From assembly GCA_025594325.1 (NCBI GenBank), contig JANHCV010000004.1:1240001-1304000 (forward strand): a stretch of DNA of 64,000 nt, given 5' to 3'. The notes beneath the pieces were generated by a model that searched no databases, was not told where the DNA came from, and saw only the letters and a program-made list of their open reading frames with translations. Position numbers and translations under genes: made by a program. Origin of the DNA: Blastocladiella emersonii ATCC 22665 (lineage: Eukaryota > Fungi > Blastocladiomycota). Of the stretch, positions 1 through 13,200 are shown in pieces (position 1 is the stretch's first letter; each line of letters begins with the position of its first letter).

Positions 1-2752
1 CGCGCGGACGGGAGCTACACGGCACGAGTCAGCACCAAACCAACCCGCCAAGTCCCGCACCAAAACATACCAAACCGGTACATGAGCGCGAGCGTCGCCA
101 TCGCCGTCCCCGCGACCGCCGACTTGAGCGCGTGGTGCCGGTCGACCACGAGCCCCGCCTCACCCGCGCTGCCGCCTCGCCACTCGCGGTCAGGCTTGAG
201 CGCCATATTGTCGTCGAGCATCGGCAGCATCACGAGGTCGCACAGCGCGTCGGCGAAGATGACCAGGATATCGTCGTGCCGCTCGAGCGCCGTGTCGAGC
301 AGGTCCGGGAACATGGCGAGCACCTGGACCGTGCGCAGCGCGCCGTCGACGCGGTCCCACGCGTTGGCCACCAGGATCGCGCTCGCGGTCTCGGCCAGCC
401 CGGCGTTGCTCGTCACGCCCGCGGCGATCAGCGCATCGTCGCCATCGGCGGGGGATACGGGTGACCCGGCGGGTGCCGCCGACATGGGCGGCGACGCGAG
501 GTCCGCGGCCTCGTCGCGCCGCGCGCGGTGGACGGACGAGACGGGTGAGCCGACTACGTCGTCGCTGCCCTCAACAAACGTCGCGTCGCCTCCGTCCTCC
601 TCATCCTCCGACACGGGGCTCGGGAACACCATCGCCGCGCCGCCGCCCTTGGTCGGCGACCCGGGCGACGCGAGGTCGCCCGAGCTCCCGCGGTTCGACC
701 GCGTGAGGAGAACCTGCATGAGCTTGTGCGCCTGCTCGATGACCACGCCGAGGACGTACGGCTGAACGATCTGGTCAGCGAACCACGCGAGGATCGTGGC
801 GTGGTCGACCTCGGTGACGCCGAACGCGTCGCGGTCCGCGGGCGCGAGCGGGTGGTCGACGGGGACGCGTGTGAGCATGCACGCGAGTTTCGCACACATG
901 ATTTCGGCGGCGGGTTTTTCGGACGCCAGGAGGACCGTCGCGATGGCGTCGTCGGCGCTGCGGTCCACTAACCCGGCGAGGAGCGGCGCGGGCGCGAGGA
1001 CCGCGAGGTTGAACATGGCGGCGAGCGCGCCGACGACCACGTCGTGTTCCGGGTGGTGGAGCAGGCGGACGACGGCGGCCAGCACGTCGCCGTTCGCCGG
1101 GACCGCGGGCGCCAGGAGCGCGGCGGGCGTGACGGCGGGCGACCCGCACAGGCAGTTGAGCACGTCGACGACGTACAGCGGGACGAGGGTGCGTGTGCTG
1201 GATCCGAGGTCGAGCAGGATGCGCAGGTTGCGGTGGTCGAGGATCGCGCGCGCGGCGCCGGGGACGGGGGCGAGGTCGTGCAGCAGCGTGAGCGCCCAGT
1301 ACTGGGCGTCCTCGTCGTTGGTCGCCCCGAGACACGCCATGACGCGCGGGACCGCGCCGAGGTCGGCGAGCCGCGGGTGGAAGTCGGGCTCGCGGATCCC
1401 GAGGAACTTGGCCACACGCAGCGCGATCTTGCCCGTGCCCACGTCCTCGGGCGCTATCAGCTGCACCACGCTGCGCAGCAGCGACGTGTTGGCGCGGACC
1501 GGCGCGCGGAACGCGTCCTTGACCGCGCACTCGTGCAGAAGGCCGAGCGCCCAGTACACAAGCTCGACGTCCTCCTGCTTGAGCGCCGACGCGATGAGAC
1601 CGACCAGGTTCACGTCTGCGAGCCCGAGGAGCGCGGTCTGCGCGTCGGCCGCGTCGAGCGCGCCCACGATGCGCACGAGCGAGTGGAAGCACAGCTTCTG
1701 CAGGGTCCAGTTGCCGTATACGACGCGCAGGCAGGCGCCGAACACGTTGACGAAGCCCGACTCGGCCATGATGCGCTGCAGGACCTCTACGCGTCGAGGG
1801 GTGGATTAGACGCGACGAAGAAGAGAGGGTGAGGGGGCATACCAGTCATGGCGAGGTTGTGCAGCATCAGGATGGACCAGTTGACGAGGTCGCGGTTGGC
1901 GCTGTGCGCGGCGCGCTTGAGGCTGTCGAGCAGGCCGTGCTTTTGGACCAGGCGTAGCTTGATGACATCTACGCTCGGGAGTGTAAGCGTGGCCTTCAGT
2001 CGCGTTCCAAGTAGCGTACCCTCGGTGCACACGAGCTCGAACAGCGTAATGACCGCCTGCTTGAGCGTGGCGGGGTGGGTCGACTCGGCGAGGATCCGGC
2101 AGCACAGCTCGGGCAGCTCCGCGGCCACAAACTTGGCGCGGCGGTCGTCGACCTTGGCGAGGTGCTGCAGCACGGTGATGGCGCGCAGGCGCTGGTCGAC
2201 GTCGGCCGACTGCCGCGCGGCGTCGAAGATGAAGCCGAGGTGCGGCTCCTGCGTCGCGCGGTCGAGGAGGATCCGGGTCGCACTAGGCCGCGCGATCGGG
2301 AGGGCGTGCGCGTCAGTTGGGTGGTCGGTCGGTCGCGGCAGGGGGAGGGGGAGGGCAAGTCGGAGGTGGCGTACCTCGCGCGGAGCAGGATCGACGTGGT
2401 CTTGGTCAGCTCGGCCAGCGATTCGAGCGGGATGACTAGAGTTGTGAGTGTGTGTTAGGTCCGAGTTGGGTGCCTCATGCACCAAGGGGAATGTAGTACG
2501 CTTCTCGAGCTGACGCGGGTTGCGGATGATCCCCGAGGCCGCGCCGACCGGGTCGAGGACGACGGTGTCCGGCTGCTGCTTCTTCTGCGCCGCGTCGTCG
2601 GCAGCTGTCCTTGGCCTACCGGGCGTGCGCTGTTGCAGCTGTCGCGCGTCGAGGCGGCGCGTCGAGTAGGCCATGAGGGCGCCCGTGACGGCGCACAGGA
2701 TCAGGAGCGGGATCGACGGGCCGGCGGCCTCCGACTCGAGGAGTTGATCCAT
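1..2752 (-). CDS. Armadillo/HEAT-repeat protein with an N-terminal hydrophobic anchor; multi-exon, 3' end runs off the left edge
   Basis: ORFs 1787..2752 and 15..1769 join through GTAC/GTATG..AG introns. Helical Leu/Ala-rich repeats (QYWALTLLHDLA, VYWALGLLHECA, VNWSILMLHNLA) and an N-terminal segment IPLLILCAVTGALMAY. A donor GTATGT near 68 shows the gene continues outside the window. Confidence 0.7.
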
Positions 2753-3371
2753 GTAGCTTGCGTGGTGTGTAGGTCGGCCTCTCCGCCGCCGGAGAGGCTT
2801 TGCTGCGTGCCGAGGAAGCGGAGACGAGGCGAGAGACGCGTCAGGCAGCGCGTGATGGGCGTGGCAGGCCGCGGCAGCGCCACACCGCGGACCGCAGACT
2901 CGCGACTCGCGCCAAGCCGTGGCGCGTGGGCCCGCCGATGGCCGACATCAACTGCGCTGTGCGAGCAACGGATCGAACGAATTTGCCAAGAACACCCCAT
3001 GCATTCTAGCCCGACGACCGACCAGACACTGGCGTCATAGAGCTCTTAAATTTACCGTCCAAGTGGGGGAGCCGCATCCACCGCATTACTGGCCCAGGCA
3101 GTCGGCCGCCGACCCCACAGTGGCGCTTGTGCTCCGCCGGACCACCACCACCCCGTCAATCCGTCGCTCGTTCTCTCTCTCCCCTCTGTCCTCCATCTTG
3201 TCCACCGTCCTGGCGTCACACATCCCGCTCCGCGACCTGAGGCACAAGTCGGTTGCCTCGTCCCCCTCCTCGACGACCACGACGCTGCAGGCCTACTCGC
3301 AGGTCGCCACCGCCGACCCGTGCACCACCGACGACACCACCTCTGATCTCTCGCATCGCACCGCCGCCGCC

Positions 3372-4576
3372 ATGCCGACCTTCATGCAATCTCTGCGGCC
3401 ACTCGCCATGCTGCGCGACGGCGTCGGCCTGCTCCCGCTCATCGCGCTGCTCCTGGCGCTGCTGTTCGGCCGCGTGCTACCCGTCTTTGAGCGGTACGGC
3501 TCACCCCAGATCCGCGAGACACGCGGCGAGATGCTGATTTTTGGGGGTGCCGTAGCGATTTCGACGTCAACGACACGTCCATCGGGCACAAGTACGCGAC
3601 GACCGAGCGCGTGTCGAGCACCATGCTGCTCGTCCTGTCGACCATCGTCCCGTCGGTCCTCTTGCTCGGATGGAGCGCGCGGTGCCGGTTCACTCTGCGC
3701 GATTCCATCTACGCGCTCAACGGTACTCTCTCCTTGCGGCGATGCCGTGGAACGCCCGAACTGAACTGCAATTCCGAACGTAGCGCTCCTCACCGCCGTG
3801 ACCGCCGCCATGCTCGTGACGGACGTGGTCAAGGTGCTCGTCGGCCGCCTGCGGCCCGACTTTCTCGACCGGTGCAAGCCCGTCCGCAACGCCGCGGGCG
3901 ACTGGGACTGCACGGGAGCCGACAGCCTGGTCCGCGGTGGACGCGTCAGTTTTCCGAGCGGTCACTCGTCGCGTATGTCTCGCGCCGCATCCTTGCTGTT
4001 GATGGTCGCGCTGACGTGCAACCGCGCGCGAACGTGTAGTGACGGCGGCCGGCTGGTCGTTCATGTACGTTTTCGTGCGCGGCACGCTCGCCCGGGCCAC
4101 GCGCCGCAACCCGTGGGCGCAGAGCGCGCTCGCGCTCTTGTTCTGGCCGTCGATTCTGACCGCCATCTCGGTACGCTTTCCCGGGCTCTTACACCCTCGA
4201 CGCCACCGCGCTCACCCTCCCTCTTCCGACCTCGTAGCGGCTGTGCGACTACCGCCACCACTGGCAGGACGTGACCGTAGGGTTCCTGCTCGGTCTCGCC
4301 GCCGCGTACTGGTGGTACACCGTCTATTTCCTCCCTCCCGCGTCGCCATCCTCGCGCCGGTTCCGCCGCGGTACCTCACGCCGCCCGTCCGCCCTTAACG
4401 CACAGGCCCGCGGGGCGCCGTTCATGGCGCTCGACGCGCGCGTGCCCGACTCGGACGGCGAGAGCGACGACGAGGACAAGCCGCTCGAGGGCGTCGTGAT
4501 TGGCGGCGGGCCGTCGTCGAGTGGTGCGGCGGCCACGTTCCGCGGGAACAGTGGGACGCCCGAGTCGTCGGGGTGA
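3372..4576 (+). CDS. PAP2-family lipid phosphate phosphatase (DPP1/LPP1-like), 5 exons
   Basis: All three PAP2 motifs are present after splicing: KVLVGRLRPDF, SFPSGHSS, SRLCDYRHHWQDV. Introns start at 3494, 3722, 3974 and about 4231. Confidence 0.92.
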
Positions 4577-5011
4577 GGCGACGAGACTTGTATTGCTTTA
4601 TGTATACACACGCCATCGGCGAACCATTCTGTGCAGCTCTCGACTGGAATCGGAGCGAGTGTGGCGGGTGGTCGCGGTGAGCGGTGCTGACTCGCAGCCT
4701 TGGCCATGGTCGCTTAGCAATCGCTCTCGCGTTTTTGCACTATCCACACAAATTGGGGATTCAGGCAAACGTTTCGTTTCATTTATGGTCGGAGAGCAGT
4801 GGTCGACCGAAAAACAATGAGGGACGGGACTGGCCACGGCGGGCTGACCGCGACCGCGACCATGGCCATGATCATGGCCATCGTCACTCACCAATCACCC
4901 CTGCGACAGGACCACCTCTGAATCCACACCCAAGAACCCGCGCACACGATGACAATCAGTGGGATAGAAAAAAGTGCTATGTATTCAGAGTCAGATGCAA
5001 TCGAGGTGCGC

Positions 5012-6211
5012 TCACTCGCGCTTGAGCTTGCGGGCCATGGCGATGGTGGCGCGGCCGGCCTTGTGGGCGTCGTAGGTGCGGCCGAGGCGCGACTGCGGGC
5101 CAATGTCGTCGCGCATGATGAAGTCGTAGATGACCTTGCACCAGGACGTGTGGTACGGGATCGTGTCGTAGATCTCGGGCATCCGGGCGCGCAGGAGCGG
5201 CAAACGCGACCAGGGTATGTTCATATGGTCATGATGCTCAGCGTGCATCCCGATGTTGAGCATGAATCCGTTGCCGGAGCCGTAGTACGAGTACGTCTCT
5301 TGACCGTCCTCGAACGTGTAGTGCTCCTGGATGAAGTGCGCGGCGAACGGGTGCAGGCCGTAGCCGAACCAGAGCGACAGGAACAGGTAGAAGAGGCCGC
5401 GCGGGCCGCAGAAGTGGAAGACGGCGAGGTCGGTCGAGATGGTCCAGGCCCAGTTGATGATCTCCCACTTCTGCGGGGTCTTGAGCATGGCGGCGCCGCG
5501 CGCCACGTACAGGACGGGGAAGCAGAAGACCCACAGCGCCTTGAGGAACTTGTTGCCGCGGATCAGCTTGAGCTCGATGTCGAGCGGCAGGTCCGGGTCC
5601 ATGCCGAAGACGCCCTGGTGGCTGTGGTGCATGAGGTGGTAGCGTCGAAATGAAGATGCAATAGGAAAGACGAGGCCGACGTTGGCGACGAGCCCGAGGA
5701 CGCGGTTGAGGAACGCGGACTTGAAGGCGAGGTTGTGCGAGCACTCGTGGATCAGGACGCCGAACAGGGCCGTGATGGACCCGCCGACGACGTAGGCGCA
5801 CAGCACGAACAGCGGCCACGACACGTCGCGGAAGTAGCCGTCCTTGGCGCCGAACGCGTACGCGAGCGCGACCTGCACGGCGACGGCGGCGACTGTGATG
5901 TACTTGGTCCGCCACTCGGGCCCGCACAGCGACTTGATGTCCGGGTGCTTGTCGAGGATGTGCAGGGCGCGCTTGCGGTGCGGCTCGTCGAGGTCGTCCT
6001 CGGCCACGCCGTCGTGCACGTAGGGGATCGACTTGGTCCACTCGCCGAGGTACGTCGGGTGGCGCACGTCGTACATGGGCGTGTCCGACACCTCGGCCAT
6101 GGCCACGCCCTCGTCGGTCGTGCCCGACTCGAACATGCGCAGCGTGCGGCCCAGCGAGTCGGGCTTGGGCGGCTGCGGCAGCCGGCCCGTTGTTGTTGGC
6201 GATGCGGTCAT
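5012..6211 (-). CDS. DES1: Sphingolipid delta-4 desaturase (DES1/DEGS family)
   Basis: N-terminal EPHRKRALHILDKHPDIKSL motif; His boxes HECSH, HLMHH, HAEHH; DPDLP and GLHPFAAHFIQEHY. The start at 6211 (MTASP) is a guess within the ORF that opens at 6451. Confidence 0.93.
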   Translation of the reverse strand: MTASPTTTGRLPQPPKPDSLGRTLRMFESGTTDEGVAMAEVSDTPMYDVRHPTYLGEWTKSIPYVHDGVAEDDLDEPHRKRALHILDKHPDIKSLCGPEWRTKYITVAAVAVQVALAYAFGAKDGYFRDVSWPLFVLCAYVVGGSITALFGVLIHECSHNLAFKSAFLNRVLGLVANVGLVFPIASSFRRYHLMHHSHQGVFGMDPDLPLDIELKLIRGNKFLKALWVFCFPVLYVARGAAMLKTPQKWEIINWAWTISTDLAVFHFCGPRGLFYLFLSLWFGYGLHPFAAHFIQEHYTFEDGQETYSYYGSGNGFMLNIGMHAEHHDHMNIPWSRLPLLRARMPEIYDTIPYHTSWCKVIYDFIMRDDIGPQSRLGRTYDAHKAGRATIAMARKLKRE

Positions 6212-7151
6212 GCTGGTGGTAGTCGAGTGGCTACGCAGGGCCGAGGGAGCAGCGTCAGCACGCGCTCGATCCTCACGCATGGAGGTGGTTGATGCATGTG
6301 AGTACCAGAGGCAAAGTCGAGTCGCGGATTCGAGAGCGAGGGCGGGGCGTGCGGGGGAGGCGACCTCTTTTGAAGGGCGCGCGCTCACTGCACAGGACAG
6401 AGTTGCGGCCGGTGGCGAACCTTGTTGGTCTCGGATTTCCGCGAAAGGCACGCGGGCGCGACGCGTCCCCGCTCGACGCGTTTTGAGTCACCGTGACACT
6501 ATAGTACCTGGTGACACGCTCTGATCTCACGCGTCGCGCCGCAGGTGACCTCACGCGGCGCACGGGAGACACGCGTGTCTCGCACCCCCCACGCTTCGCC
6601 GCTGTGACGAGCCGGGGCCTCGCGAGGCTCATCGAGTGCAGATGTGCGTCATGGACATCCAAGAGTCGCGTGCTGATCGTGCGGTGCAAAATGGGTTTCG
6701 GTCCCGCACTCCCGCCCGCCCTCGACGACGTAGCACCCCGATCTCACTGCTTCGCCGACACCCGGTGCGGTGAGGAGCAAGGGTGGCGCAGCACGTCGTG
6801 TCTCAAGCGTACTTGACCCTCCACCCATCGATGCAGATTTATCAGGCCGTCGACGATGTCTCCCGCGGCGCCCGATCGCGCCCGTCCGCGATCCTCCCCG
6901 CCGTGCTTGCCCCGCGGCCTCGGATGTCCCGCCTCCGCCGCCGCGCGTCAGCCTCCTTCCTCCTTCCTCTTTGCCCGCTCGAGTGTGTGAGCCGGTGTGT
7001 GTGTTCGAGCCGCGCGGCCGGTGAAGGCGAGCAAACGTGTGCGAGCGCGCGGCGGGTTCGGCACACTCGGCCGGATCCCCTTGCTTACCTCTCTCTCCCT
7101 CTCCCAACGCAAACATTATCATCATCAACCTGATACTTCACCACCACCACC

Positions 7152-8938
7152 ATGGCATCTGATGAACTGAAACCGCAACGCGTCGCCGTCATCGGGTCCG
7201 GTACGCGACCTCCACTCACGACCCGCACGCGCCGTCCCTGACCCCCCACCCGCGACCTCTAGGCCTCGCCGGGCTCACCATGGCGTACCTGCTGACGCAC
7301 CCGGAGCAGGCGGGCGGCCGGTTCGACGTGACGCTGTACGAGTCGGCGCCGACGTACGGCATGGACGCGCACGGCATGGACATCCCGTGCGGGTGCGAGG
7401 CGTGCAAGCCGCCGGCGAACCCGCGCGCCGACAGCGCGCACGGCAGCGACTCGGAGCTCGACGAGACGGCGCCACGTTCCCCGACCAAGACCATGCCCGC
7501 CGACCACGTCGCGACCGAGCGCCTCGACTCGCCCATGCGCCTCGTCATCGACAACTACTACACGACGCTGTGCTCGCTGTACGCGCACCTGGGCGTGTCG
7601 GTTGTCAACACGAACTTCTCGGCCACCTTCACCTCCGTCGACCCCAAAACGGGCGCCGTCGCCGCGACCCCGCACTACTCGGACCGCCTGCTCACGCTCC
7701 CGCTGCTCGCGCCGATCCGGGTCCCGGACATCCTGTTCCGCCCGTGGACGCAGCGCACGACGGTGCGGATCGGGCTCGACCGCGCGCGCCTGATGCGCGC
7801 CGCGCGCACGCTGCGCCGGTCGCGGCAGCTGCCGACCGTCCGCGGGACGTTCGGCGCGTACCTGGCCGCCGAGGGCTACTCGCGCGAGTACACGCACGGG
7901 CAGCTGCTGCCGCAGCTGTCGACGATGCTGAGCGCGCCGTTCGCGGGCGTGCTGGAGCTGCCCGCCGCGGTCGTCCTCGACTGGCTCGGCCGCCCCGACG
8001 CCAAGGGCACGTGGTGCGTCGTCGCCGACGGCGTCCAGTCCGTCTGCCGCAAGCTGCTCCAGTACCTCCCCGAGGGGAAGCGCCGGTTCGCGACCCGCGT
8101 TGACCGCATCGACCGCGACCCCGACTCGGGCGTGTTCCGCGTCGCGTCGTCGCCCGTCTCGGGGTCGAACCTCGCGGAGGTCGCCGAGGACGAGTTTGAC
8201 CTCGTGATCCTCGCCACGCCTACGTCCGTGTCCGCCTCGCTCGTGCGCACCGCGACGGGGCTCAGCGCGACGGGCGCCCGCGCCGCGTCCCTCCTGTCGG
8301 CGTTCGAGTACGGCACCGTCGACGTGGTCGTGCACGACGACGCCTCGGTCCTGCCCTCCCCCGCGCGCGCCGTGAACATGGCGTCGACGGTCGACGACAC
8401 CATGACGACGGCCGTCGCGAACCAGCTGCGCACGCTTCCGCCGCACGTCCCGACGATCCTGCAGACGACCAACCCGCTCTCGCCCATCGACCCAGCCCGC
8501 GTGATCGCGCGGTGGACGTTGCCGCGCGCGCGGCTCACGGTCGCGTCGCACGCCGCGCTCGACGGGCTGTACGGCGCGCAGGGCGCCGACGGCATGTACT
8601 TTGTCGGGGCGCCCATGTTCCCCGGGATCCCGCTGCTCGAGGGGTGCGTCGCGAGCGCGGTGGATGTGGCCGCGCGGCTCGGCGTGCACCGCCCCTGGAC
8701 GATGCAGGACGGCGAGTACCTCGGCCAGTATACTGGCGAGGGCGAGGAGGGCGGGTCGTTCACGGACGCGTTCCTCCGCGGGGACCTCCTGTACACGCCG
8801 CCTGGGTCGCGGTACGCGACGACGGCCGCGGCGAAGGAGTCGGGTAGCAGCGGGCGTGGCTGGCTCGCGGCCGCGGCCGTCGCCGTGGGCGCCGCGGGGT
8901 GGTGGGCGGTCAAGGCCGGGTACCTGACGTCGCGCTAG
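7152..8938 (+). CDS. FAD/NAD(P)-binding oxidoreductase (amine-oxidase fold, COG2907-like) with a C-terminal membrane anchor
   Basis: Exon 1 (7152-7201) and exon 2 (from 7263) give RVAVIGSG|LAGLTMAYLL, a GxGxxG dinucleotide-binding motif. Also DSPMR..YYTTLCSLYAHLGV, a C-terminal GIPLLEGCVASAVDVAARLGV and a hydrophobic tail. Confidence 0.8.
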
Positions 8939-9037
8939 CGTTATCCTTCACAATGATTTTTTTTTGATACACATGCTCGCAGTTCTGCTGATTATGATAA
9001 ACGTATTACTATCCATCTATGTAACAACAAAACCCGG

Positions 9038-12000
9038 CTACGTCGTCCAGAAATCGGGCGGCAGCTGCATCTGCGACCACAGCGCGTGGTCCGACTGCCC
9101 GAACGCGCTGCCCGCGCTGCCCGGCGCCGTTGCTGGCGGTTGTTGCGGTTGCTGCTGGTCGTGGTGCTCACTCGGCGTCCGCCCTGGGCGCGGTTCGCCC
9201 AAGAACGCCGCTGCGGCGGCCGCGTCCATGAACTGCGTCGGCGACGCGACCGGCGTCCCACTGGCCCCAACCGCGTGCTGGACCGGCGACGCGATCGCGT
9301 CCGCCAACGCCCCACCGCTGCTGCCGCCCGTGGGCCCCGCGACCGCGACCCCGCCGATCGCGATCCCCATGCCCGCGGCAACCGCCGCCGCGGTCCGCGC
9401 GAACGCGAGGCTCGGGTCGACGGTCGCCGCGAGGAGCGTCGGCACGCGTGTCGCGACGAGCGGCGGGGTGCGGCCTTCGCTCGCGGAGGTGGTTGAAGGT
9501 GAAGCCGCGCCCGAGTGCTGCTGACGGACCATCTGCAGCTGCGCGTGTGGCGCGGGCGGGGTGCCCTGGCCCGCGGCGCCGGGAGACGCGGGGTTGGCGG
9601 CCGCCGCGGCAGCGGTCGCGACGTGGATCAGGTCCGTGAACTGCTGGGCGGCAGCCGAGGCCGAGGCGGACGACGCCGACGGCTCGTTGCTGTTGGCGGG
9701 CGGCATGAAGTGTTGCTGCTGCTGCGGCGACGCGGCGGATGCGAACGGCGAGTCGCCCGTCGTCGGCTGCGACGCCGCGCCGCCACCGCCGAACACGGCG
9801 CGCAGGCCCGAGTGGTGCAGCTGCACGGGTTGCGGCGGGGGCGGCGGCTGCGGCGACTGGTACGCGGCGGGCACGACGAACTGCGGGTGCTGGTGGTGCT
9901 GCGACGACTGCGAGTTCTCGCGCACCGGGTGGAACCCGTACTGGACCTGCGGCGGCTGCTGGGACTGCGCGGGCTGCGGTGGTGGAGGCTGCATCGGGAA
10001 CGCGAACGGCGACTGCTGCGCCTGCTGCGTCCCGGGCGGCGGCGGCGGCGGCGACGCGAGGTGTAGCGTCATGGGGCCGGCCGGGGAGAAGAACCCGGGT
10101 CCGCCTCCCCGTCCGTCACCTTGTTTCTGCTGCTGCTGCGCCTGCTGCGACTGCTGGGGCTGAGGTGGCGGCTGGCCCGACGTGAGCGAGGCAAAGTTGC
10201 GCAGGATCTCCTGGTCAAAGTTGTACGGGAACCCCGCGACCATGGCGGCGGCGGCCGCACTCGCCGCGTCGGTCGAGCCCGCTGCTGCAGCTGCCGCGTA
10301 CCCGGCCGGCGGCGAGTTGAGCTGCTGCTGCCGCTGCTGCACGAGCTGGTCGAGGATGGTGCGGTTGAGCATGGCGTCCTGCGGCTGCGGCGGTTGCGGT
10401 TGCTGCTGGGCCAGATGGTGCTGGTGCGGCTGCTGCTGCATCGGCATGCCCATGCTCGACGTCGCCGGGACGCCAGCCATGGCGTGGACGTGCGGGTGGC
10501 TCAGGACCTGCGGCTGGACCATGGGCGTCGGCTGCTGCGAGCTCGACTGCGACTGCGACTGCGCCTGGTACTGCTGCGGCTGTGGCTGCATCGTCGGCGC
10601 TGCTGCCGCCGCCGCTGCCGTGGCCGCGGGGTGCGGGGGCATAGGCGGCGGCTCGCTGCGGACGCGCGCGAGTACAGCGCGGAGCAGGGGCACGGACGCG
10701 CGCGACGCGGGCCACTCGCGCTCGAGTTCCACCGCAAAGTCGACGGTGCGGGCGAGGAACTCGACGAGGTCCTCCATCGGGACGTGGACGAGGAGGGCGT
10801 TGCACCACGCGAGGTACAGGGCGGACGCCATGACGTTGACGCCGTGGACGACCGTGTACCCGAGCGAGTGCAAGCGGCCCTGGTCGCGGGCGACGGCCAA
10901 AATGAACAGCATGGCCTTGACGGTGGTCAGGCAGATGGACGTGACGTGCTGCAGCGCCGTGGGCCCACCCGCCGTGGGCGACGCGCCGGCGTGACCGGGT
11001 ACCAGGAACGGGCGGTACAGGACGAGCACCGAGTAGTAGTACATGAGGTTGAGGCTGAGCGCGAACGGCGACTCGGCGGACCGCGTCTGGAACGAGAACC
11101 GCAGGTGCTGCGGGAGCGCGGCGAGCCACGCCTCGAGCGCGGACGACAGCGTCGACAGGTGCGCGGGCGTCGGGAACCGGATGCTGTTGATGGCGTGGCT
11201 CAGGCGGCCCTGGATCTGCGCGAGCCGCACGAGGACGGCGTAGTCGCGGTCGCTCTGCGGCGCGTCCGGGTTCGCGTCGAGCATCGGTACCGCAAACTCG
11301 TCCTCGTGGATCGCGAGCGGCCGGCCCAGCGTGATCCCGAGCATGCGGTCGACCACGTAGCAGCACCACCACACGCGGTTCGCCCGGTGCGTCTGCTCGG
11401 GCTTGAACCGGTCCGCGATCGGCAGCCGGCCCAGGTCCACGTGCAGCCCGACGTCCTGCGCGATCCGGATCGCGGCGCCCGCCAGTGCGTACGACGACCC
11501 GGCCGCGTCGCCCGCGAGCGCCATGGCGAGCATGAGCAGCCCACAGCTGCGCGACAGCGACGGCGCGAACGTGAAGACGCGCGGGAGGAGCAGTTTCGCG
11601 CGGGCGACGTGGATGGCGGGCGGCGTGAACCAGGCGGGCCGCGGCAGGCCGCGGCGCACGTACCAGGTGGCGGCCATGGCGAACATGGCGTGGACCTCGA
11701 AGTGGAAGTTGCGCTCGGTGATGTTGTTGCGGTAGAAGTTGAGCTGCGGGGCCTCCATGATCGGGAACAGCGGCTGGATCTCGTCAAAGTAGAAGCGGAT
11801 CAGAAACTCCTGCTCCTCGGGCGACGGCAGGTCCGTGTACACGACCGCGTCGACGGCGGCTGGGTCCGCCGGCACCACCGACGACACGGGCACGACCTTG
11901 GGGTGGTCCGTGACGAGCGACCCGAACTTGAAGAAGTCGGGGAAGTCGTCGCGCAGCAGGTGGATGCCGTGCGACGGCCCGACGTTGCGCAGGTGCTGCA

Positions 12001-13200
12001 CGTCGCCGTCCTCGATGTTGGTGATGTGCAGCATCGTCGTCGCGACACGGTCCATTTCCGGGTCGGTCGGCAGCCGGAAGCAGTCGAGCTCGACGGGCGG
12101 GCCCGGGATCGACGGCACCGCCATGGGCGCGGACGCCGTGCGCGAGGCGGCGGCCGCGGTGTAGTGGCGGTTGCCTGCCGCCGCCGATGCGTGGTGGTGG
12201 GGCAGCGCTCCGTTGGCAGCGGTAGGCGGGACGGCTCCCGCGGCGGCGGCCGTGGGGCCAGCGCCCGCTGCCGCCGGTTTCGGCGTCGACACGGCCACGG
12301 TCACGGAGGCGGGGATGGCGCCCTCGACGCCCTCGAGCTCGAGCTCGTCGAGCGACGGCATCTTGCGCGGCGGGCCGCGGCGCTTGGGCGCCGTGTACAT
12401 GCAAGGGAAGCCCGACTCGGAGCAGTACCCGCACGACGGTTTCGCGCCATTGCATTTGATCTACGCGGTCAACTGCGTGAGTGGTGCGTCGTCGTAGACA
12501 CACGGAGAGAAGCGAGGCGGACCTTTTTCTTGCGGCAGATGACACAGGCCTGCGAGATGCGGGCCTTGCGCTGCTTAGCCTCGGTGGTGCCGCTGCCGCC
12601 GTTCCCATTGCCGCTGCCGCTACCGTCCTCGTTGTTGTTGGACCCGCCGCTGCCGGCGGCCTTGCGCGAGCGTTTGGCGGGGCGCTGGATGGGCGGCTCG
12701 TCCTCGTCGGCGTCAGGATCGGCGGCAGGGCGATCGGCGGCGGCGTGGTCGTTGTCGTTGTCGCGATGTGCCTCGTCCATCTCCGCGTCTGCATCAGCGG
12801 CGCCACCGGAGCCGCCACTGGCGGGCAGCTGAGCGTGCATGGCAGGCGCGGCGGGCGACGAGCGGGCCGACGAAGCGGACGAGGATCCCGACGAGGACGC
12901 GGACGGCGATCGGATGGCGTCGGTCATGGTGGCGGAGGCGGCGAGCTGGCGCGCCGCGACCGACGAGAAGTGCGGGTGGTGCAGCGGGTTTCGCGCAGCC
13001 GACGCGAACGGCGACGGAACGACGGGAAGGGGCGAGTGCGACAAGTGTTGCGCCGGGGACTCGTGGCGGTGGCCGTGGAGGGCCGACGGTGGATGGTCGA
13101 GGTGGAGGTGGGCGAGCGGCGGGAACGCGGCGGCGCCCTTGGCGGAGGTTGCTCGAAACGGCGGCGGTGCAGCTGCGGAGTCGGCGGCGGCCACGGTCAT
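9038..13200 (-). CDS. Zn(II)2Cys6 transcription factor with a fungal-specific TF (middle homology) domain and a Q/A-rich tail
   Basis: Removing intron 12461-12522 gives CVICRKKKIKCNGAKPSCGYCSESGFPC. Downstream are YFDEIQPLFPI, AIRIAQDVGLH and RVWWCCYVVDRMLGITLGRP. Confidence 0.95.

Noticed and set aside
5229-5250. DES1 third His box HAEHH instead of HNEHH as a sign of altered (hydroxylase) activity
   Set aside because: All metal-binding histidines are intact; a single variable position is not diagnostic.
6212-6451. Longer N-termini implied by the ORF track for DES1 (6451), the C2H2 factor (17672) and TSR4 (47322)
   Set aside because: The extensions read like UTR or promoter sequence (pyrimidine tracts, no codon bias); the downstream ATGs have better context.
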